64,000 nt of DNA from Chthoniobacteraceae bacterium (GCA_037190965.1 JBBCKI010000068.1:1-64000), one strand, 5' to 3'. Counted from the first letter of the stretch, positions 39,064-48,900 are shown. The notes: a model not told the origin generated them from the sequence alone. Made by a program: numbers and translations.

Positions 39064-39873
39064 CTACTTAAGCTTTCGCCGCAAGAGGAGACCGGCAATG
39101 CCAGCGGGCAATAGAAGGGCCGCAGTGGCCGGCTCCGGGATGGCTTCGAGCTGGAAGCTATCATACCCCACGGTTCTATCAGCGGAACGGAAGTTGGTTC
39201 TCAAGCCCGTGACCCCGCTGGTATAGCTGCTGTCCGTCACATTGATGGAAGTGATCAGATTTCCATTGCTGGTGCTAAATAGTGATGCGGTCAACTGGTC
39301 CCCCACAAACTCGAACTCAAGGCGGTAATAGTTGGTGCTGCTGACACTGATCGTACTGGATGCGGCAATGATATAGCTTCCCACATCGGTAAACTGGATG
39401 TTCTTGGAGATAACAAGCCGAACGCCCGAGGCATCGCGCAAAATTCCCGCAAAATAGCCGTCAGGAGTCCCGCCGTCCGCCGAGGGGGTTTGAACGCGCG
39501 CCATGATCCCCATGGATTGATTGTTATTGGAGATGAATTGAACCACGGAGGTCACTTTTCCATCACTAACCTGGGAACCGCTTCCCTGATAGTATGCCAT
39601 GGTAAACTGGCTGCTTGTCGCCCCGACGGGGTTGGCCATTTGGAGCACTCCGTTTCCAGTGAGAGAAAGCGTCGTTGGCGTAGCGGTGCCTGATCGTTTG
39701 ATGGTCCAGTCCGCATAAGTGGAACCTGAGCCAGGGAAGGCGCCTGCCGTCCCATTAAAGTCGGTTTGGTAGACGACGGCAGCTTCCGCGGGCGCGACTG
39801 CGAAGAAGAGAATCGCTGCAATGGTGTTGACTATCGATAGAGCGCCGAGGGGAAGGAAGGGAGTGGTTCTCAT
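39064..39873 (-). CDS. PEP-CTERM sorting-domain protein with beta-sandwich (lectin-like) domain
   Basis: Signal peptide; C-terminal IPEPATAALLLPAGIAGLLLRRKLK; Ser/Thr-rich beta strands. Confidence 0.92.
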   Translation of the reverse strand: MRTTPFLPLGALSIVNTIAAILFFAVAPAEAAVVYQTDFNGTAGAFPGSGSTYADWTIKRSGTATPTTLSLTGNGVLQMANPVGATSSQFTMAYYQGSGSQVSDGKVTSVVQFISNNNQSMGIMARVQTPSADGGTPDGYFAGILRDASGVRLVISKNIQFTDVGSYIIAASSTISVSSTNYYRLEFEFVGDQLTASLFSTSNGNLITSINVTDSSYTSGVTGLRTNFRSADRTVGYDSFQLEAIPEPATAALLLPAGIAGLLLRRKLK

Positions 39874-39887
39874 GGGGGTGGGAGTAA

Positions 39888-41042
39888 TTAGGGGGTGATT
39901 TGCGGGGACGGATTGTTTTTTCGAGTGCGTTTTTCGGAAGGTGCGGGAAAGCCCGTGGGAGTTTTTCCGACGCTCTCCCGGCGGATCAACTGAGCGTTGA
40001 CGTAAATATCGCCAGATCTCTCATTCCGGTTAATCTGACGGAGCATGATGTCGAAAGCGCTCTGCGCGATTTCTTTGGAATCATATTCCACTGCTGTCAG
40101 CGGGAAGCCACCGGCATCTCCGGCGCCAAGAATCCCGATGCTTACGATGGAAATATCCTCCGGGTAGCGGAGTCCTCTTGCGCGGCCCATCGATAACAAA
40201 TGCCATGCGACGCGGTTATTGCTGGTAATGACGGCGCTGCCTCTCTCCGGCCAGTCGAGGTAAGAAGTGATGTAGCGCTCGAACAACCTCTTGTCCTCTG
40301 TCGGAGAGAGTCCGAATCGAGCCGCCAGATCCCGCGCGTCTGTCGTCTCGTGCCGAGGCGAAAATATCCGCACGTCCAGTTCCGCATTGCACGGCTCACT
40401 GCGGTCGAGCAGCGCTGCGTAGCGCCCGGCCGTTGCCGAATTGTCGAAGTGGGGGTGCAGAATGTCGATGCGGCGGTGGCCCATTCGCATCAACTCGTCG
40501 CGCGCCAGCATGCACTCCTGCTTGCGATCTTTGATGATTCTACCCGCAAGCGTGGACAGCCCGTTGCCGCCCAACTCGGAGAGAAGAACCAACGGCATCT
40601 TCATTCCTGCCAGCCACTGCTGCATTTCAGCTCCTTCGTAGCTGCTCCGGGCCGGGTAGAGCATGATCCCGTCAACCCGCGACTCCGCCAGCCATCTCAA
40701 GGCCTTGTCTTCTCCGTCCGGAGACCAGCGGTGGAACTGGAAGAGAAGCTGATAGCCCCGGTCGGACGCCACCTGGTTCAGTTCGTCCAGAATGGCTGCG
40801 TAATAAGGATCGATGGCGATCGGCATCACGACGCCCAGCACCCCGGTGCGCCCGAGCGAAAGTGACTTCGCCAACTGGTTGGGCACATAGCCAAGATTTC
40901 GGGCGATCTCCTTGATCCGGGTTCGCGTGCTTTCAGGCAAGCGGGAGCTGTCGTTGAGAGCCATGGATACTGTGGCTACCGTACAGTTCGCCTTGGCGGC
41001 AATTTCGCGAAACCGAACAGGTTTGGAGGAAGGGGAGGGCAT
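39888..41042 (-). CDS. LacI-family transcriptional regulator
   Basis: FREIAAKANCTVATVSMALN HTH, LGYVPNQLAKSL hinge, RVDGI, PEDISIV and LIRRESV. Confidence 0.95.
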   Translation of the reverse strand: MPSPSSKPVRFREIAAKANCTVATVSMALNDSSRLPESTRTRIKEIARNLGYVPNQLAKSLSLGRTGVLGVVMPIAIDPYYAAILDELNQVASDRGYQLLFQFHRWSPDGEDKALRWLAESRVDGIMLYPARSSYEGAEMQQWLAGMKMPLVLLSELGGNGLSTLAGRIIKDRKQECMLARDELMRMGHRRIDILHPHFDNSATAGRYAALLDRSEPCNAELDVRIFSPRHETTDARDLAARFGLSPTEDKRLFERYITSYLDWPERGSAVITSNNRVAWHLLSMGRARGLRYPEDISIVSIGILGAGDAGGFPLTAVEYDSKEIAQSAFDIMLRQINRNERSGDIYVNAQLIRRESVGKTPTGFPAPSEKRTRKNNPSPQITP

Positions 41043-41054
41043 GGAATACGCTGC

Positions 41055-41083
41055 TTTACCGGTTAAATAGCTTAACCGGTTAA
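41055..41083. promoter_or_regulatory. Tandem LacI-type operators
   Basis: TTTACCGGTTAA (41055-41066) and TTAACCGGTTAA (41072-41083); CG-centred palindromes just upstream of the LacI start. Confidence 0.75.
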
Positions 41084-41147
41084 ACTAAGCAAGAATAAAT
41101 TGGACGGACATACAAGCTGAGGTTCAGGTGTGAGCCAAAAAGACTGG

Positions 41148-41183
41148 AATCAGCCCCTCCGATGATCGATTTGGGGGCTGATT
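41148..41183 (-). terminator. Hairpin downstream of the hscA-like gene, possible terminator
   Basis: AATCAGCCCC ... GGGGCTGATT; T-run a few nt downstream on the minus strand. Confidence 0.45.
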
Positions 41184-41257
41184 GAAAGGAGTCGCTCCGC
41201 GTTTGGCAGGCACCGGTCAGGCGCGCCAACGTGCTTTCTTTCCGCAATCCGTAATTC

Positions 41258-43069
41258 CTACAAAATCCCCTTACGCCTGAGCGCCTCCTCCATCGCCCGC
41301 TCCATCAGGAGCGTGGCGAGGTTCTGGGTCGCTTCATCGAGAGCGGCGGTCGCTTTTTTGAGGGCGTGCGGGTTTTCGCCAGTCAGCGCGGTTTCCACTT
41401 CCGCCATCAACACGGCGATGCGTTGCCGCTCTTCTCCGTCCACTTCGTCCCCCAGCAACGTGAGCGCGTTGCGGACCGCGGGGAGCATTTCGGCGGCTTT
41501 CAGGCGCGCCTCGGTAAAGACGCGCTCGGTCATGTCCTCAAAGGCGTGATCGAGCGATTCGGCGATCATCTGTTCCACCGCCTCGTCGGAGACATCCACG
41601 GCGCTTCGCATCTCGACCACCCGTTCCGCTCCCGTTTTTGTATCGCGAGCCAGCACGTGAAGAATCCCGTCGGCGTCGATTTCAAACTGCACCCCCACCC
41701 GCGCCTGCCCTTTCGCGGCGGGTTCGAAACCGAGTTCGAACTGACCGAGTTCCCAGTTGTCCCGGGCCATCTCGCGTTCCCCCTGCAACACGCGGATCAA
41801 CACGGAGCGTTGCCCCGCCACGGCGTTGGTGAACATTTCGCCCGCCTTGGTGGGGATGGTGGAGTTGCGCGGGATGATGACATTCATCAACCCGCCAAAG
41901 GTTTCGATGCCCAGCGAAAGGGGGGTAACATCCAGTAGCACCACGTTGCGCACCGCCCCGGAGAGAATGCCTGCCTGGATGGCCGCGCCGAGGGCCACCG
42001 CCTCGTCGGGGTTTTGCGAAAGGTTCGGCTCGCGCCCGAAAATCTCCGCCACGAACCGTCGCACCAGCGGCATGCGTGTCTGGCCGCCCACCAGAATCAC
42101 CTCATTGAGATCGCGCGCTTCCAGCTTCGCGTCGGCCAGCGCGCGGATGCAGTGGGCGCGGGTCCGTTCGATCACGGGCCGGGCAAGCCGCTCCAGTTCC
42201 TCGCGGGTGATGACGCAGGAGAAACTGCGGCCTTCGACGAGGAACGGCAGCTCGATGGTCGCTTCGGGTTCCGTCGAAAGACGGTGCTTGGCTTCCACCG
42301 CCGCTTCCCGCACGCGGGAGAGCGCCTCCACGGGGAGGGGAGCGTCGATTTTTTCCACCAGCCACGTTGTCAGAGCGTCGTCGATGTCGTCTCCGCCGAG
42401 GCGGGTATTGCCATGGGTGGAGAGCACCTGAAACACGCCGCCCGACAGTTCCAGAATCGAGAGGTCGAACGTGCCTCCGCCGAGATCGAAGACGGCCACC
42501 CTGGCATGCTCGCCGAGCTTGTCCGCGCCGTAGGCAAGAGCCGCCGCCGTCGGTTCGTTGAGGATCCGCTCCACCGTCAGCCCCGCCAGTTCGCCCGCCT
42601 TTTTGGTGGCATGGCGCTGGGCATCGTTGAAGTAGGCGGGGACGGTTACCACCGCCCGGGTGATCCCGCATTCGAGCGCGGCTTCCGCGTCGCGTTTCAG
42701 TTTGGCGAGGATCAGCGAGGAGATTTCCTCGGGAGAATAGTCATGGCCGTCGACCGCTACGCGAACCGGGGTGCCGGGCTGGCCCGTCAGGGCATAGGAA
42801 ACGCCGGTGGAATCCAGATCCTCGCCCACCCGCCGCCCCATGAAGCGTTTGATGGAATAGACCGTCTCAGTAGGGGCCAGAACCCGCATCCGGCTCGCCG
42901 CGCTTCCCACGAGCGGCTCTCCATGTTCACTGGGAAAGTGAACCACCGAAGGCGTCAGGCGCTTGCCATCGCGATCCGCTAGTAGAATAGGGAAACCGGC
43001 GTCCATCACGCCGATGAGCGAGTTGGTGGTGCCGAGATCGATGCCGACGATGGGATCCAGAGAGTCCAT
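41258..43069 (-). CDS. hscA: Hsp70-family chaperone (HscA/DnaK-like)
   Basis: GIDLGTTNS, TVPAYFND, NEPTAAALAYG, DLGGGTFD and DVTPLSLGIET; follows an HscB-like gene. Confidence 0.88.
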   Translation of the reverse strand: MDSLDPIVGIDLGTTNSLIGVMDAGFPILLADRDGKRLTPSVVHFPSEHGEPLVGSAASRMRVLAPTETVYSIKRFMGRRVGEDLDSTGVSYALTGQPGTPVRVAVDGHDYSPEEISSLILAKLKRDAEAALECGITRAVVTVPAYFNDAQRHATKKAGELAGLTVERILNEPTAAALAYGADKLGEHARVAVFDLGGGTFDLSILELSGGVFQVLSTHGNTRLGGDDIDDALTTWLVEKIDAPLPVEALSRVREAAVEAKHRLSTEPEATIELPFLVEGRSFSCVITREELERLARPVIERTRAHCIRALADAKLEARDLNEVILVGGQTRMPLVRRFVAEIFGREPNLSQNPDEAVALGAAIQAGILSGAVRNVVLLDVTPLSLGIETFGGLMNVIIPRNSTIPTKAGEMFTNAVAGQRSVLIRVLQGEREMARDNWELGQFELGFEPAAKGQARVGVQFEIDADGILHVLARDTKTGAERVVEMRSAVDVSDEAVEQMIAESLDHAFEDMTERVFTEARLKAAEMLPAVRNALTLLGDEVDGEERQRIAVLMAEVETALTGENPHALKKATAALDEATQNLATLLMERAMEEALRRKGIL

Positions 43070-43109
43070 GGCGGGAAGCTAATGCCAATGACCTCCCCGG
43101 GACAACGGC

Positions 43110-43279
43110 TAAAGCGTTTTTGAGTTAGATGTTTACAGAGGATTTGCGAGCACCGCAGTTCGATGGGAGGCTTTTCGAGCGCAGTGGCTGTATTTTCAAT
43201 ACTGCCCAAGCTCGAAATGCTTCATAGCGGACTGTGCTGCCGCAAAGCCTTTGTAAACAGGAACTCAAAACCACTTTTA
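43110..43279 (-). mobile_element. Family B element, copy 3 (reverse orientation), at the stop codon of the hscB-like gene
   Basis: Reverse complement contains TTCGAGCTTGGGCAGTATTGAAAATACAGCC..GCGCTCGAAAA and ends TAACTCAAAAACGCTTTA. Confidence 0.82.
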
Positions 43280-43861
43280 ACTCTCGATTTGCAGCCGAAC
43301 CAGCCCTTCGCGGATCTGCGCGCTCCATTTATCGAGGTAGCCAAGCGCCTGCGCGGTCTCCGCGACTTGTGAAACGGGCCGCTCTGCTTCGCCGCTCGTC
43401 CAGGCTGCATCCAGCGCGGGAATGCGTTCCAGCCACCGCCCCCGTTCCGCCTCCAGCACTGCCAGCAGCGCCTCAAGGTCCTCCTGGAGCGTGTATTGTT
43501 CGGCTAACAACAACGCCTTCGCGAGCGCCGACCCGGCGGCGGTCCGCTTTTTCAGAAAACCGTCGAGTGCTTGTTTTTTGGCCCCCATTTCCAGAAAAAG
43601 CTCGCCCACCGAAGGCGGAGCCGCCACGCCCCGGAACGGCTCTTCGGGCGCTTCCAGTTCCAACAGGTGACGAAGCCGTGCGCGCGGATTGTTTAACACC
43701 CCGTAGGCCACGGTCAGCGCGGCGAAGGGGGGCGATCCGGCATCCGTTCCCGCCACGTCGGGGTGATGCTCCGCCGTCAAGGCGTGGAATCGGGCTTTCA
43801 GCGCCTCTTCTTCGAGCCATGGACGGCGCGGCTCCCCCAGCAAGGCAAAATGATCAGTCAT
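43277..43861 (-). CDS. hscB: HscB-like J-domain co-chaperone
   Basis: DHFALLG..R, HPD and AYGVL.NPRARLRHLL; helical C-terminal domain. Confidence 0.8.
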   Translation of the reverse strand: MTDHFALLGEPRRPWLEEEALKARFHALTAEHHPDVAGTDAGSPPFAALTVAYGVLNNPRARLRHLLELEAPEEPFRGVAAPPSVGELFLEMGAKKQALDGFLKKRTAAGSALAKALLLAEQYTLQEDLEALLAVLEAERGRWLERIPALDAAWTSGEAERPVSQVAETAQALGYLDKWSAQIREGLVRLQIES

Positions 43862-43901
43862 TCCGGGAACCGTGCCGTGAAAGCCAAAAAGCGGCAACTT
43901 A

Positions 43902-44142
43902 AACCTGAATTCCGAGGTTGTTGCGGCGAGATCCCGTGCACGGCACGGGCTCCGCGTTGAGACTCCGCTGCGCTTCGTATTGAGAAAACCGTTTCGCGGT
44001 GGCGGTCTGACGCAATTTGTTGGCCGCGAGTGCCTTTCGTCAGAGACTCACCGTATCTAAAGATGCGCTTCGCTCTTCCTCAAGTCATCGCGACTCAACC
44101 CTCTCGCGCCAGCTCATCCGCTCCAACATCGGAGTTCAGGTT
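43902..44142. mobile_element. 241-bp MITE-like element (family F)
   Basis: Terminal inverted repeats AACCTGAATTCCGAGGTTG / CAACATCGGAGTTCAGGTT (17/19 match); AT-rich flanks; no ORF. Confidence 0.7.
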
Positions 44143-44169
44143 AAATGACTTGACGGCATCCTAAGGGGT

Positions 44170-44192
44170 GATAGTTAGGTTTCTAAACTATC
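44170..44192. promoter_or_regulatory. Probable MarR operator
   Basis: GATAGTT-N9-AACTATC palindrome followed by a further CTAACTA half-site; TTGACG at 44150. Confidence 0.65.
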
Positions 44193-44272
44193 AGGGGGCT
44201 AACTAACCGGGTTCGCGCGATTCTTCTCGAGCGTCGCCGGTTCACCACCAATCCAAAAAACATCCTCACGCC

Positions 44273-44824
44273 ATGCCCCTCCTGATGCTCAAAGACCTCC
44301 CCCGCTACGAATGCCTTCTCAAGGCGGCGGAGCGGTATCCCGACATGGAACTCAGCGCGAACGAGGCGTTCCTGAACCTCCTGAGGACGGCGGACATGAT
44401 GTTTGCGGAAAAGGGGCGCTACCTCGGCCAGCTTGGCCTGAGCCAGGGGCGTTTCACCGTTCTGATGCTTCTCAACGGGTGCTGCGAACATCCGGCGACG
44501 CCTGCGTCGCTCGCGGATGAAGCCGGAGTGACCCGCGCGACCATGACGGGGCTCATCGATAACCTGGAGCGGGACGGTTTTGTCGTCCGCGAAGCCGATC
44601 CCCTTGATCGCCGTACGGTTCTGGTGCGGCTGACGGAGGCGGGCCAAACGTTTGTGGAAGGGATGCTCCCCGGCTGGTTCCAGCGAGTTTCCTCCGTCAT
44701 CGACCCCTTGGACGAGGCGGAACGCAAAACACTCGTGGACCTCCTCCAGAAAATCCAGATCGGCCTGACTCCTTCCCCCGCAGAAGATCTTAAAACCGAA
44801 TCGTTCAAACCATCCGAAGCCTGA
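44273..44824 (+). CDS. MarR-family regulator
   Basis: GLSQGRFTVL, TRATMTGLIDNLERDG and DRR.VLVRLT..G. Confidence 0.93.
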   Translation: MPLLMLKDLPRYECLLKAAERYPDMELSANEAFLNLLRTADMMFAEKGRYLGQLGLSQGRFTVLMLLNGCCEHPATPASLADEAGVTRATMTGLIDNLERDGFVVREADPLDRRTVLVRLTEAGQTFVEGMLPGWFQRVSSVIDPLDEAERKTLVDLLQKIQIGLTPSPAEDLKTESFKPSEA

Positions 44825-44829
44825 AATTT

Positions 44830-45951
44830 ATGTGGAAGAGAATGCTGACAATGCTGGTTCTGGTGGTCCTCGCCGTGGGGGCTATCGCCTTTGCTAAATA
44901 CCGCCAGATCCGCGCGGCGATGGCGCAGGGGATGAGCTTCAAGATGCCTCCCGCCGCCGTCACTACGCTGGTCGCCCGGGGGGAGCGGTGGCAGCCGGTA
45001 CTTCACGCGGTCGGCTCGCTACGGGCCGTGCACGGGGTGGAAGTCAGCACCGATCTCTCCGGGATCGTGCGGGAGATCGCCTTCGAATCCGGCACGCCGG
45101 TGAAAGAGGGTGACTTGCTCATCAAGCTCGATACCCGGCAGGAAGAGGCCCAACTGAAAGCGGCGGAGGCCGCCCGGGAACTGGCCCGCCTGAACCTGAG
45201 CCGCCAGCGCGACCTGCTTTCCAAGAAGGCCACCTCCCAATCGGAGTTTGACGCGGCGGCGGCAAGCGCCGACCAGAGCGACGCCTCGGTGGAGCAGATC
45301 AAGGCGCTTATCGCCCGCAAGACCATCCATGCTCCCTTCGATGGCGTGCTCGGAATCCGGAACGTGAACATCGGCCAGTTTCTCGATGTGGGGAAATCGA
45401 TCGTCCCGCTCCAATCGCAGGATCCGATCTATGTCGAGTTCGCGCTTCCGCAGCAGGAACTCGGCAACGTCGCCCTGGGGAAGAAAGTCCGGCTCAAGGT
45501 GACCGGGCTGGAAGGTAAAGAGTTTGACGGCGAGATCACCGCTATCAACTCCAAGGTGGACGAATCCACCCGCAACATCCAGGTGGAAGCCACCGTTTCC
45601 AACAAGGACGGCATCCTGCGTAGCGGCATGTTTGTGCGGGTGGAAGTCCTGATGCCCGAACAGGATGGCATCGTCGCCATTCCGGCCTCCTCGATCAACT
45701 ACGCTCCTTATGGTGATTCGGTCTTCATCGTCAAGGACGCGGAGGGGGGGCAGGGCGGCAAACAGGTGATCCAGCAGGTGGTGAAGGTGGGGCCCTCGCG
45801 CGGCGATCAGGTCTCCATTCTTTCCGGGGTAAAGGAAGGCGACGAAGTGGTGACTTCCGGCGGGTTCAAGCTCAACAGCGGCGCCGAGGTTCAGGTCAAC
45901 AACACCGTTCAGCCGAGCAACGAAGCCAACCCGAACCCGCCCGAAACCTGA
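44830..45951 (+). CDS. RND efflux periplasmic adaptor (MFP)
   Basis: N-terminal anchor; G.V..I.FESG..V..GD lipoyl halves; IHAPFDG and LRSGMFV. Confidence 0.93.
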   Translation: MWKRMLTMLVLVVLAVGAIAFAKYRQIRAAMAQGMSFKMPPAAVTTLVARGERWQPVLHAVGSLRAVHGVEVSTDLSGIVREIAFESGTPVKEGDLLIKLDTRQEEAQLKAAEAARELARLNLSRQRDLLSKKATSQSEFDAAAASADQSDASVEQIKALIARKTIHAPFDGVLGIRNVNIGQFLDVGKSIVPLQSQDPIYVEFALPQQELGNVALGKKVRLKVTGLEGKEFDGEITAINSKVDESTRNIQVEATVSNKDGILRSGMFVRVEVLMPEQDGIVAIPASSINYAPYGDSVFIVKDAEGGQGGKQVIQQVVKVGPSRGDQVSILSGVKEGDEVVTSGGFKLNSGAEVQVNNTVQPSNEANPNPPET

Positions 45952-45976
45952 CGGTCTTTTGGATCTCTCTTAGGTT

Positions 45977-48900
45977 ATGAATTTTACCGATCTCTTCATC
46001 CGGCGGCCCGTCGTGGCAACCGTCGTCAGCTTGCTCATTCTGCTGGCGGGGTTCCAGTCGTACCGTTTGCTCAACGTGCGGCAATACCCGCGCAGCGACA
46101 TTGCCGTCATCACGGTCAAAACTGCCTATGTCGGCGCGAATGCCGACCTCGTGCGAGGCTTCATCACCACGCCGCTCGAACGCGTTATCTCCAGCGCGGA
46201 TGGGATTGACTTCGTGGAATCGACGAGCGCGCAGAGCCTCAGCACCATCTCGGTTCATCTCAAGCTCAACTACGATACCAACGCCGCGCTCACGCAGATC
46301 CAGGCGAAGGTCGCACAGGTTCGCAATCAGCTTCCTCCCGAGGCGGAGTCGCCGGTTATCGAGTTGGAAACGACGGATAACCAGTTCGCGTCGATGTACC
46401 TGAGCTTCTACTCCAAGGAGCTTGATCAGAACCAGATCACCGATTACCTCACCCGGGTCGTCCAGCCGAAGCTCTCCGCCGTCAGCGGGGTGCAGCGGGC
46501 CGATATTCTCGGGGCGCGCACGTTTGCCATGCGGATCTGGTTGAAGTCGGACCGCCTTGCCGCGTTGAACGTGTCACCTTCCGAAGTTCGCGCCGCGTTG
46601 GCGTCGAACAACTATCTCTCCGCCGTCGGCGCCACCAAGGGGTCGATGATCTCCGTCAACCTGATCGCCAATACTGACCTGAGATCGCCGGAAGAATTCC
46701 GGGAGCTTGTCGTGCGGGAGCGGGATGGCGTGATCGTCCGGCTCAAAGACGTGGCCGAAGTCAACCTCGGCGCGGAGAGCTACAACGACGACGTCCGCTT
46801 CTCCGGTCAGAAGGCGACCTTCATGGGCATCTGGGTGCTGCCGACCGCCAACTCCCTCGATGTCATCAAAGCCGTGCGGGCGGAGTTGCCCGCCATTGAG
46901 AAGCAGCTCCCCTCCGGCATGAACGTCGGGGTCGGTTACGACGCCACCGAGTACATCAACGATGCGCTCCATGAGGTCATCCGTACCTTGAGCGAGACGC
47001 TCATTATCGTCGTCATCGTCATCTTCTTCTTCCTTGGCTCGCTCCGGACGGTGTTGATTCCGGTTGTCGCCATCCCGATCTCGCTCGTCGGCGCGCTTTT
47101 CCTGATGCTGCTCTTCGGGTTCACGATCAATCTCCTCACGTTGCTGGCCATTGTGCTGGCGGTCGGGCTTGTGGTGGACGACGCCATCGTTGTGGTCGAA
47201 AACGTGGAGCGGTATCTGCAACTGGGCCATGCTCCATTCGAGGCGGCCCTCAAGGCTGCCCGCGAACTCTTCGGGCCGCTGGTCGCCATGACGATCACTC
47301 TCGCGGCGGTCTATGCGCCCATCGGGCTGCAAGGCGGGCTGACGGGCACGCTCTTCCGTGAGTTCGCCTTCACGCTGGCGGGCGCGGTGGCTGTGTCCGG
47401 GGTTGTGGCGCTCACGCTCTCTCCGATGATGTCTTCGGTGCTGCTGAGGTCGGGGGATTCGCACCGGGGTTATGCAGGATGGATCAACCATCGCTTTGAC
47501 GCGTTGCGCAGGCTTTATCGGCGCATTCTTGCCAATACGCTTAACTACCGTCCCGTCACCATCACCCTCGCGGTGATCATTATTCTTCTCTCGGCCCCGT
47601 TCTTCATGTTCTCGCAGAAGGAACTTGCGCCCAAGGAGGATCAAGGTTTCGTGATGGCGATTCTCCAGGCATCGCCGAATTCCACCATCGACCAGACGGT
47701 TCTTTATTCCGAACAGGTCTACGAAGTCTTCAAGACGATCCCTGAAATGGGGAACGCCTTTCAGCTCACCAGCCCCGGCGGCGGTTTCGGCGGTCTCGTC
47801 ACCAAGCCGTGGAGCCAGCGCACACGATCCACGGAAGAGATCAACGGCGAGCTTTTCGGCAAGGTCTCCGGCATCGGCGGCGTGCGCGTCATCACCACGA
47901 CGCCTTCTCCGCTGCCCGGCGGCAGCAACTTCCCGGTGGAAATAGCCATCGTCTCCACGGCGGAACCGGCGCAGTTGTTGGAGTTCGCCAACCAACTGGT
48001 GCAGACCGCCTACAAGACGGGGCTTTTCATGTATGCGGATACCGACCTGAAGTTTGACCAGCCGCAGACGGAAATCGTGTTCGACAGGGACAAGGTCGCT
48101 TCGCTCGGACTCAACCTGCAAAAGGTCGGCGCGGACCTCGGTACCTTGCTCGGCGGGAACTATGTCAACTGGTTCAACATCCAGGGCCGCAGTTACAAGG
48201 TCATCCCGCAGATTACGCGTACGGAGCGGCTCAACACCGATCAGTTGAACGACTATTACGTCAGTGGCCCGGATGGGAAGCTGGTCGCCCTTTCGACATT
48301 CGCCACGTTGAAAACCTCGGTGGAGCCCCGTTCGCTCAACCGTTTCCAGCAGCTCAACTCTGCGCGCATCCAGGGGGTTATCCCGCCCGGCGTGTCATTG
48401 GACATGGCGCTCTCGAAACTCGAGGAAGAGGCCGCAAAAATTCTCCCGAAAGGCTTCACGCTTGATTACGCAGGTGAGTCCCGCCAGCTCCGGCTGGAGG
48501 GCAACAGCTTTTACGGAACGATGGCGCTTTCGCTCATCCTCATCTTCCTGGTGCTGGCAGCCCAGTTTGAGAGTTTCCGCGATCCGTTCATCATTCTGGC
48601 CGGATCGGTGCCGCTCGCGCTCTCCGGCGCGCTGTTCTTCACCTTCTTCGGGTTCACCTCGCTCAACATTTACAGTCAGGTCGGGTTGATCACGCTCGTC
48701 GGGTTGATCGCCAAGAACGGCATTCTGATCGTCGAGTTCGCCAACCACTTGCAGGAGTCGGGCTTGAGCAAACTTCACGCCGTGATCGAAGCCGCCGCGA
48801 CCCGTCTGCGTCCGATCCTGATGACGACAGTGGCCACGGTCGTCGGACACTTCCCGCTGGTGCTGGCCAGCGGCCCCGGCGCGGGCTCCCGTAACAGCAT

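Larger units (their letters stand above)
35284..41318. mobile_element. ~6.0-kb genomic islet integrated in the 3' end of the Hsp70 gene; no integrase
   Basis: Flanking direct repeats 5999 bp apart; four co-oriented accessory genes; visibly more AT-rich codon usage. Confidence 0.85.
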
